A stretch of 64,000 bases of DNA from a virus. Its lineage: Duplodnaviria; Heunggongvirae; Uroviricota; Caudoviricetes. Below the pieces are notes generated by a model. It saw nothing but the letters and a program-made list of their open reading frames with translations, did not search any database and was not told where the DNA came from. Positions 57,424 to 64,000 of the stretch are shown one piece after another. How positions within the stretch are numbered: the first letter of the stretch is position 1; each line of letters opens with the position of its first letter. Location of the stretch: positions 34,943 to 98,942 of the IMG/VR virus record IMGVR_UViG_2870083564_000004, one strand, 5' to 3'. The position numbers were made by a program, and so were the translations under genes.

Positions 57424-58869
57424 ATGACGAACGAAACGAACGAAGAGAAGAGCCGCGCTGATGCGATGACGGACGAACGACGCATGGCACTCGGATCGCT
57501 CATTACCGAGTGGTTCGGAAAGCAAGATGACGGCGGCCGACTGCTCGCCGCGTTCGACTACTGCGATTCGCGCGCTATCGACCTTCTGATCGACGAGGCG
57601 ATCGCGCCTGCCATCGCGGATGCAGTTCAAGTCGCGCGCGCCGCATCCCCCGTCGAGCAGCACGAAGCAGCGCCGGCCGACGTGAACCAGCTTCTCGAAG
57701 CCGCCGCACTCGGGCTGGAACGAGCCGGGATGCTCGACTGCATGCGCATCGTGCGGGGCATGAAACCCGGCTACCCCAAGCAACGCGCACCGGCCGCCCC
57801 GCTCGAAGGCACGGGCAATGGGGCGGATGGATTTACCTACGCGACCAAGCAGGCAACCGCATGCGCAGCCTGCGGCGAGCACAAGCACACGCCATTGCGA
57901 ATCGACTGGATGGGCGGCTACGTCTGCCTGACGTGCATCGATCGCGAGCTGGTATCCCGCGCCCCTCGCACTGAGGTGGCGGGAGCGGTGCCGCAACCCA
58001 TCGGGCCGCATGACGTGACCACCAGCGCGGGAGGACGAGGCTACATCGCCGAGTTCTTCGCGAAGCGCCTTTGCCGACACGACTTCGGCCGCTATATCGA
58101 CGAACGGCTCGCCGCAGATTTTGCGTGCGCACTGGCGAAGTATCTGATGGAGCACGACACCTCTCCCTCCGTAGATGCAGCAGCAGCGCCGGCAGACCAT
58201 ATTTCCCGAACGGGAAAATTGGTGGACGCGGCAGCGCGGGACGATGAGCGCGCGGACGCGCTGCAAGACATGGCATTCGCACACGGCTTGCAGCTTGGCT
58301 GGCAGTTCGGTTCGAACGATGCGCGCGCAGATTACGAAGCTGCCCTTAAGGCGCGCGACGGATACGTCAAGGTGCTTCGAGATACCCGCGCGGCAGCGTC
58401 GCAGCCCGCAGCGGAGCTGACGCCGCGCGAGATCTCTGCGCTGCGCGAACTGAAGAAGCTCGGTGAACATCGGTACTTCGCCATTCGCTCCGCAATCGCC
58501 GAAGCATGGCCTATCGTCGAGCGGCTTACCAGCCGCACCCCGCCCGCGCAATCCGCAGCGGCAGCGGGGCAAGAGGCGGTGGCGTGGGTCCGCAAGCATC
58601 CGGACACGGGAGAACTCTCGGGCGATTGGCTCTGGAATGACGTGATCGAGCAGTGCCGTAAGGACTCGGGAGTTTGGTTCCCGCTGGGCTTTCTCACCGC
58701 CCCGCCCGCGCAGGTCGCCACTCGGCAGGGGCTGACGGATGAGCAGATCATCGAGTGCGCCGGGAAATATCGAATCGACCACTACGGCGATTATTCGCGA
58801 AACGCGTCTGAGCACACGCGTGATTTACTCGCGTTCGCCCACGCCCTTCTCGACGGAGCCAAGCAATGA
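57424..58869 (+). CDS. hypothetical protein (481 aa)
   Basis: Clean ORF in the early-left operon; contains a CxxC...CxxC pair (CAACGEHKH...CLTC). Confidence 0.5.
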   Translation: MTNETNEEKSRADAMTDERRMALGSLITEWFGKQDDGGRLLAAFDYCDSRAIDLLIDEAIAPAIADAVQVARAASPVEQHEAAPADVNQLLEAAALGLERAGMLDCMRIVRGMKPGYPKQRAPAAPLEGTGNGADGFTYATKQATACAACGEHKHTPLRIDWMGGYVCLTCIDRELVSRAPRTEVAGAVPQPIGPHDVTTSAGGRGYIAEFFAKRLCRHDFGRYIDERLAADFACALAKYLMEHDTSPSVDAAAAPADHISRTGKLVDAAARDDERADALQDMAFAHGLQLGWQFGSNDARADYEAALKARDGYVKVLRDTRAAASQPAAELTPREISALRELKKLGEHRYFAIRSAIAEAWPIVERLTSRTPPAQSAAAAGQEAVAWVRKHPDTGELSGDWLWNDVIEQCRKDSGVWFPLGFLTAPPAQVATRQGLTDEQIIECAGKYRIDHYGDYSRNASEHTRDLLAFAHALLDGAKQ

Positions 58870-59016
58870 GTTCGTGGGCTGCATTTTGGTTGTGCTGCGC
58901 GGTGTTTATCGCCTGCGATACCTACCTCTATGCCAAGGGGCACGACACGTTCCTGTGGCAGCACAAAACCGCCGAAGAAAAACAAATTCAAAAACACCAA
59001 GCAGAAGGAACCAACC

Positions 59017-59256
59017 ATGGCTAAGACGCAACTTGGAATCGCGCGCAGCAGAGTGCATCCGAATTGGAAAATGCGCCCCCATCCGTGGGTGGACATGAAC
59101 ACGCTCAAGCCGAAGTACAGCGTGCAGGCTTACGAGCCGGATCTGAAGAAGTGGGCGCACGTCTACAACGGCGAAACGAATATGGCTTTTTTCTTCGAGT
59201 CCACTGAAGCGGCGGCTTCATTTATCAAGGAATTGCAGGGAGCCAATCAGTCATGA
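59017..59256 (+). CDS. hypothetical small protein
   Basis: MAKTQLGIARS...; 79 aa. Confidence 0.35.
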   Translation: MAKTQLGIARSRVHPNWKMRPHPWVDMNTLKPKYSVQAYEPDLKKWAHVYNGETNMAFFFESTEAAASFIKELQGANQS

Positions 59257-59513
59257 ACTGCAACTGCATCGGTGAGATCGAGAAGAAGCTCGCCAAGCGA
59301 TATACCGAAGAACTCGGCGCGGACGCAACGGCAGATTGCCAGTCTTCAGGGTTTGCAATGAGCGTCAACTCGGTCCGTGTGATCCACCAAACCGAATTCA
59401 AGATTGTGGCTCAGGCGAAAGGCTTCACGCGCGGAAAGCTCGTTCCAGTGCTGTCGAGCTACTGCCCGTTTTGCGGAAAGCCGACTGCCGAGGAAGGAGC
59501 CAAGCATGAATAA
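59253..59513 (+). CDS. hypothetical zinc-ribbon-like protein
   Basis: CNC...C and CPFCG pairs; 86 aa. Confidence 0.35.
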   Translation: MNCNCIGEIEKKLAKRYTEELGADATADCQSSGFAMSVNSVRVIHQTEFKIVAQAKGFTRGKLVPVLSSYCPFCGKPTAEEGAKHE

Positions 59514-59862
59514 GACGCTGACGGAGGTGCAGATCAACCGGCGCTGGGTCGAGATCTTGATCGAGACCTTGAGCCTTGAAAAGCCCACTACGATCGGGCC
59601 TAACGACGCATCGTGTTTCGTGAACGCGCTTCGCGGAATTCTCGCCGCTCAGCAGCCGGAGCCGCGCGCCGAGGTGACGAACGACGACAAGGTGTGCGCC
59701 GAACGGTATCGGTGGTTGCGCGAGCGAGCGTGGTACGTCGATGCAGCGACGTACGCGCTCGAGCTTCGCGAGCGCTGGCGCAACGGCGATGAGCCGCCCC
59801 CTGATACAGACGATGTCGAATGCGCGCTCGACGCCGCCCGCACCCAAGGGAGCCAATCGTGA
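59506..59862 (+). CDS. hypothetical protein
   Basis: MNKTLTEVQINRRW...; 118 aa. Confidence 0.35.
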   Translation: MNKTLTEVQINRRWVEILIETLSLEKPTTIGPNDASCFVNALRGILAAQQPEPRAEVTNDDKVCAERYRWLRERAWYVDAATYALELRERWRNGDEPPPDTDDVECALDAARTQGSQS

Positions 59863-60382
59863 GCGCGATTATCAGCCACTGCTGCGGCTACCGCTATCGA
59901 CTCGAGCGTGAGGTCGCGCCGGCCGGATTCGTAGTCGCGTTCTTCGGCGTGAATCCATCACGCGCCGACGCGATCGTGCGCGACCAGACCGACTTGAAAT
60001 GGACGGGATTCGCGGCTCGCTGGGTGCGCGGAAGTACATCGCCGGCAATCCGTTCGCGTGGCGCTCTCGGAACGTGCACGACCTGATCGCCGTCGTCGAT
60101 CCGGTCGGACCGGAGAACGACGAGCATCTCGCGCAGATCATCGCGGACGCCGACCTTCTCGTGCCCTGCTGGGGCGACCGCGGGAAGCTGCCGAGACGCA
60201 TACGCCCGCGCCTCGACGCGCTCGCCGAAATGCTCCTCTCGTCCGGCAAGCCCGTGAAGGTGTTCGGCCTGACGTCGAAGGGCGACCCAAAGCACCCGCT
60301 GATGCTTGGATACGACACGCAGTTGATCGATTGGAACTGCGCGCCGAGACGATCGGAAGATATTAAAGATCCTCGACCGTGA
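59859..60382 (+). pseudogene. DUF1643 family gene interrupted by a 1-nt frameshift in a G-run
   Basis: N-terminal part (AIISHCCGYRYRLER...VNPSRADA...DQTD) is in frame 0. The C-terminal part (GNPFAWRSRNVHDL...PVGPENDEHL...WGDRG) is in frame +2. The join maps to tGGGtg at about 60020-60030, where one extra G would restore the frame. Confidence 0.5.
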
Positions 60383-60632
60383 CGATCGTGATTGGATTGC
60401 GCCCAACCTTCGCAGCGGCTGCCGCAAGAATCCTATCCTTACCCCGCTCAAACGCGGTGAGAGGGTCCGAAATTTGCCCTCCAGCGTCGTCCGGAAACCG
60501 ATCTTCCAAGGCCACGCGAGTTACCACGCAATGGTGTTTGGTTCCATCGACAGTCAGCCAAAAATGTACATCGTGGTCTATGACGGCCGGCCGTTTGCCG
60601 GGAGTCAGGTCGAAGGCCATGACAACCTCCAC
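60363..60632 (-). CDS. DUF1488-like protein
   Basis: 89 aa (HFWLTVDGTKHHCVVTRVALEDRF). Confidence 0.4.
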   Translation of the reverse strand: MEVVMAFDLTPGKRPAVIDHDVHFWLTVDGTKHHCVVTRVALEDRFPDDAGGQISDPLTAFERGKDRILAAAAAKVGRNPITIVTVEDL

Positions 60633-60655
60633 ATCGAGCGATGAGGCTTCGTAGT

Positions 60656-61318
60656 ATGACCGAATGTCCGATCCTTTTCAGCGGCCCGATGGTACGCGCC
60701 ATCCTCGACGGCCGAAAGACCCAAACGCGGCGCATCGTGAAGTGCCAACCACCTGATGACGTCGCACCAATCACCGTCGCGCGTTACAACCCGACGATCA
60801 TCGATCGGCACGGCGAGCAAGCGCCCGGCCTCGAGATCTTCGGCGCGTTCAGCGACGACGGTGAATGGGGATGCAAGTCGCCGTTCGGAGAGCCCGGCGA
60901 CCGGCTATGGGTGCGCGAAACGCACCTGAACTGGTGGAAACTCAATGAGGCGAATCCCGACGGCCCGCGCGAGTTTTCTCACGTCGCAGCATACGCGGCC
61001 GATGGATATGGGCTGCAGCCCGGCGAGAAGTGGATTCCGTCGATCCACATGCTGCGCGCTGCCTCGCGCATCACGCTCAAGATCACCGACGTGCGCGTCG
61101 AGCGGTTGCAGGACATCAGCGAGGTCGACGCAATTTCAGAGGGCATCGATAAGACTGCTGCGGGCTTCTGGAGCACGTACGGTCAGTGCGACGTCGATGG
61201 CACATACTCGCCCCGACTTTCTTACCAGTGCCTATGGAACAGCCTCAACGCCGCGCGCGGCTTCGGGTGGGATGCCAATCCGTGGGTGTGGGTCGTCGAG
61301 TTCGCGAAGTCGGTCTAA
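60656..61318 (+). CDS. ASCH-domain-like phage protein
   Basis: CPILFSGPMVRAILDGRKTQTRR N-terminal signature. Confidence 0.4.
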   Translation: MTECPILFSGPMVRAILDGRKTQTRRIVKCQPPDDVAPITVARYNPTIIDRHGEQAPGLEIFGAFSDDGEWGCKSPFGEPGDRLWVRETHLNWWKLNEANPDGPREFSHVAAYAADGYGLQPGEKWIPSIHMLRAASRITLKITDVRVERLQDISEVDAISEGIDKTAAGFWSTYGQCDVDGTYSPRLSYQCLWNSLNAARGFGWDANPWVWVVEFAKSV

Positions 61319-61320
61319 CG

Positions 61321-61650
61321 CTAGAGATCGCCTTCGTCGATCTGAATCACGAAGGGGTCAGGCACATCAACAGGGCCCAGCGGGTCGTACCGAACCATAC
61401 GCAATGCGACGATCTCACGTATACGCCTTTCGATTCTCGCCTGTTCCGTCGCATTGCCAGTTTCATGACGGTTGATCGCGTCAACATCGATCACGATTAC
61501 CATCGGCGCATTGCGCCGCAGCGCATCGTCTCGACCTGCAACCTGCCACCTAACGATAACGTGATTGCTTCGACTCCCTTCCAGAAACTCCACGTCCGAT
61601 GGAAAGTCGTCATGCAGTATGAAATCCAACCACTCCGACTCGCGAGACAT
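61321..61650 (-). CDS. hypothetical protein
   Basis: 109-aa acidic ORF. Confidence 0.3.
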   Translation of the reverse strand: MSRESEWLDFILHDDFPSDVEFLEGSRSNHVIVRWQVAGRDDALRRNAPMVIVIDVDAINRHETGNATEQARIERRIREIVALRMVRYDPLGPVDVPDPFVIQIDEGDL

Positions 61651-61698
61651 GTCGACCTCCTCGAAGAGGGATGGCTCAATCGTAGCAAAATGTTTGAA

Positions 61699-61941
61699 TC
61701 ATGAAAGTGAATTATCGATGCGTCGCCGCGCCTCGTCCCGTCGGTATTCGATCGCCAGCTCACGCGTAATCGTTTTGCCGGCCGGTAGCATGCGAATCGG
61801 CGCCTCGAGAAACAGCACCTCGCCATCGCGTGTGCGAACAATCGACATGCCGACCAGCACGCGCGGGCCGAGTGCGTCGCCTTCGCGCTCCGTCGCCTCT
61901 ATTTCTACGTTGTAGCCGCGGTATGTGGACCGTTCAAGCAT
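61699..61941 (-). CDS. small hypothetical protein (paralogue of 61951-62160)
   Basis: Shared RGY(N/H)V...E(R)(E/D)G pattern with its neighbour. Confidence 0.3.
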   Translation of the reverse strand: MLERSTYRGYNVEIEATEREGDALGPRVLVGMSIVRTRDGEVLFLEAPIRMLPAGKTITRELAIEYRRDEARRRIDNSLS

Positions 61942-61950
61942 GGCGCTCGC

Positions 61951-62160
61951 TCAACCGTTACGCGCGAGCCACTCGACGGAGAACGACCGCGCCCGCTCGA
62001 CCGCCGCCTCTTCCGTTTCGTACGTCCCGAGCGTCTTGAACGATGCTTCCGGGTTGTAGCCCATGTAGGTGAACGTCACCTGTGCGGCGAACTGACCGTC
62101 CTCGGTCACGCGCGGCGTGCAGTCGACGTGATAGCCGCGCATCGTGAATAAATGCTTCAT
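61951..62160 (-). CDS. small hypothetical protein (paralogue of 61699-61941)
   Basis: See neighbour. Confidence 0.3.
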   Translation of the reverse strand: MKHLFTMRGYHVDCTPRVTEDGQFAAQVTFTYMGYNPEASFKTLGTYETEEAAVERARSFSVEWLARNG

Positions 62161-62241
62161 TTGAATCAGATCATGAAACGAACCGGGGCAATCGTAGCAC
62201 TCCCGGGTTTCATGAGTCTGACGGCGCGACGCGCGCGGGGG

Positions 62242-62478
62242 TCAGTGCTGGATTGAATTCACCGCGAGCCACACGCGGGACTCGGCATCGCCCGTCAAGA
62301 CGCGTGCAAACGCTGCACCGCACGCCGAGCACTCGTAGTGCTCTTCTCGACATTCGCCTTGGAACACGCCTGCGCCGACCATCACGAGATGCGCCGGCTT
62401 CACAGTCGACGGTTGCCCGTGCAGTTCGGCGCACTCGGCACACAGCTTGATCGTCTCGAACTCCACCACTATCCCCAT
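62242..62478 (-). CDS. small zinc-ribbon-like protein
   Basis: CAEC...CSAC pairs; 78 aa from the internal start MGIVVEF. Confidence 0.3.
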   Translation of the reverse strand: MGIVVEFETIKLCAECAELHGQPSTVKPAHLVMVGAGVFQGECREEHYECSACGAAFARVLTGDAESRVWLAVNSIQH

Positions 62479-62627
62479 AAGTTTTGAAATCGAAATGCAA
62501 GGAATCCTAGCATGAGCAACAGCATGAAAACCGCCTGCTATCACGTGAAGCGGCAGCGCGCCACGCAGCCACTGAGACCTCGTCAATTCGACGGCCGTTC
62601 GCGAATCAGATTTCGTGAGACACGCCA

Positions 62628-62921
62628 ATGATCGCGGCCTTCGCATCCCGGTATGTCACCGTGCTCAAGTTCTGTGACATGACCGGCTATACGGAAGACG
62701 CGGTGAAATCCAAACGCCGCGATGGTGTGTGGCTAGAAGGACAACTGTGGATTAAGGCGCCGGACGGGCGCATTTTGATTGATATCGAGGGGTATGAAAG
62801 ATGGGTAGAAACGGCACGGGTGTCCGCGCCATTAGTGGCAGTTCGATCGAAGTCACCTTCACCTATAAGGGCGTCCGTTGTCGCGAGCGCATCCGCCTCG
62901 AGCCCACGCCCGCTAACCTAA
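62628..62921 (+). CDS. xis: excisionase-like protein (DUF1233-type)
   Basis: YVTVLKFCDMTGYTEDAVKSKRRDGVWLEGQLWIKAPDGRILIDIEGYERW. The reading frame runs 121 nt into the integrase start. Confidence 0.45.
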   Translation: MIAAFASRYVTVLKFCDMTGYTEDAVKSKRRDGVWLEGQLWIKAPDGRILIDIEGYERWVETARVSAPLVAVRSKSPSPIRASVVASASASSPRPLT

Positions 62922-64000
62922 AAGCGGCTGCCAATTTTCTCGGTGCGGTTCGCACCGCCATCGCAAACGGAACTTTCGACTACCGAGTTTCCTTCCCGGA
63001 GTCAAAACGGATAGCGCAGTTCGTCGAGCGGCAAGGCGATGCCCTGATGGTCGGAGCGTTCCTAGACACGTGGCTTGAACGGCAGGAAAACGTTCTAGCG
63101 GCCAGCACGATCGAGGGTTACAAAAAAATCATCAAGGGGACTCTGAAACCTGCGTTCGGCCATCTTGTAATGTCGGACGTGCGTCGCTCCCACGTACGCG
63201 AATGGGCTTCGAAGCAGAAATTCGGCAATAAACGGATGACCAACGTGCTGTCGGTTTTCCGTGCGGCGCTCGCCGAGGCCGTGCAAGACGAGATCGTCGA
63301 GACAAACGTTCTGTACGGGTGGACGTATCAGCGAAACGACGCCCCGGGCCGAGACGACGATGTCGATCCCTTCACCGCGGAGGAACAGGCTGCGATTCTC
63401 GGCGCGATGGTCGGGCAAGAAAAAAATCTGTTCCAGTTTGCGTTTTGGACTGGCCTGCGGACATCCGAGTTGATCGCCCTTCAGTGGAGCGACGTTGATT
63501 GGGAACGCGGAATCGTTCGCGTGCAACGGGCACGGACGCGAGCTGCTCGCGTCGCTAAGAAGGTCGAGGACACGAAAACGCGCGGCAGCCGCCGCAACGT
63601 AAAGTTGCTTGAGCCCGCACTCGCCGCCCTTAACGACCAAAAACGATTCTCTTCGCTTCTCGGTGGCTCGATCTTCCTGAATCCTCGAACCGGCGAAGCG
63701 TGGAGCGGCGACAACGTGATCTGGCTAGCGTGGAACCGCGCCATTGAAAAATCGGCAGCGCGCTACCGTCGCCCTTACCAGACGCGGCACACCTACGCGA
63801 GTATGATGCTGTCGGCTGGCGAACCGCCGATGTGGGTCGCTAGCCAGATGGGCCATATCAGCCTAAAGATGATCGAGCAACGATACGGCCGATGGATCAA
63901 GGACGCGGCGCCCGATGCCGGAAGACGAGCTGAAGCCTTATTCGGCGGCGCTGTCGCGCGCGCTCGAAGGGCGACTGACGGGTCGGGGGGAAACGACTGA
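62801..64000 (+). CDS. int: tyrosine integrase with N-terminal arm-binding domain
   Basis: N-terminal RAISGSSIEVTFTYKGVRCRERI...GTFDY arm-binding domain (DUF3596-like), and a C-terminal catalytic domain with R...HxxR...Y (RHTYASMM...GH). The stop falls at the window end. Confidence 0.85.
   Translation: MGRNGTGVRAISGSSIEVTFTYKGVRCRERIRLEPTPANLKAAANFLGAVRTAIANGTFDYRVSFPESKRIAQFVERQGDALMVGAFLDTWLERQENVLAASTIEGYKKIIKGTLKPAFGHLVMSDVRRSHVREWASKQKFGNKRMTNVLSVFRAALAEAVQDEIVETNVLYGWTYQRNDAPGRDDDVDPFTAEEQAAILGAMVGQEKNLFQFAFWTGLRTSELIALQWSDVDWERGIVRVQRARTRAARVAKKVEDTKTRGSRRNVKLLEPALAALNDQKRFSSLLGGSIFLNPRTGEAWSGDNVIWLAWNRAIEKSAARYRRPYQTRHTYASMMLSAGEPPMWVASQMGHISLKMIEQRYGRWIKDAAPDAGRRAEALFGGAVARARRATDGSGGND

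Overview
High-GC (~65%) DNA with the look of a Burkholderia-type beta-proteobacterium. From about 4.0 kb to the end of the window, almost everything is one roughly 60-kb lambda-like siphovirus prophage, lying in reversed lambda orientation. The tyrosine integrase and a candidate excisionase sit at the right edge on the + strand, and the attachment site with its host tRNA presumably lies beyond 64,000. A 3'-terminal tRNA-Ser fragment near 4,004-4,045 on the - strand is the probable opposite att copy. Read right to left, the prophage contains the following regions:
- An early-left operon (+ strand, 55.6-60.4 kb): an SPFH lipoprotein, unknown proteins and a frameshifted DUF1643 gene.
- The immunity region: a CI-like repressor with no S24 peptidase domain, a divergent Cro-like gene and a CII (CP76) homologue.
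- Three DNA methyltransferases in total: a ParB-like gene followed by a beta-class N6A/N4C MTase and a C5-cytosine MTase in the early region, plus a Dam-like MTase next to the lysis genes.
- A replication initiator with an internal iteron array, as in lambda ori-in-O.
- Nin-region genes (DUF1064, YbcO-like).
- An accessory defence hotspot made of a GmrSD-like DUF262/DUF1524 type IV restriction enzyme, a DUF3800-like protein, an IS66 insertion with 8-bp target duplications, a stand-alone PD-(D/E)xK protein and a RelE/ParE-XRE toxin-antitoxin pair.
- An HNH endonuclease with the small and large terminase subunits, then portal, S49 protease and HK97-type capsid.
- Head-tail joining proteins, the major tail protein, a G/GT chaperone pair with a canonical A_AAA_AAG -1 slippery site, and the tape measure.
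- M, an S74 chaperone tail fiber, L, K, I and J.
- A pinholin, SAR endolysin, Rz/Rz1 lysis cassette.
- Cargo near the att end: a lipoprotein, a PAAR protein with a translationally coupled PD-(D/E)xK-like toxin and a putative immunity gene, and an SRAP peptidase behind a LexA box.
The most unusual part is a 4-kb AT-rich island (51.1-55.3 kb) directly downstream of the CI-like gene. It starts with a near-consensus SOS box and carries a 301-aa unknown protein, a 209-aa single-pass membrane protein, an ~850-bp ORF-free stretch driven by a consensus sigma-70 promoter (candidate structured ncRNA), small ORFs with strong Shine-Dalgarno sequences, and a Lys/Ala-tailed DNA-binding-like protein. It may be a Rex-like exclusion or abortive-infection module, an SOS-controlled antirepressor, or both; I cannot tell which from sequence alone. 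The first 4 kb lie outside the prophage and carry a CoiA-like nuclease, membrane proteins and unknowns. No CRISPR array, rRNA or intact tRNA was seen. All family calls come from remembered motifs, not searches, and coordinates of non-ORF features may be off by 1-2 nt.
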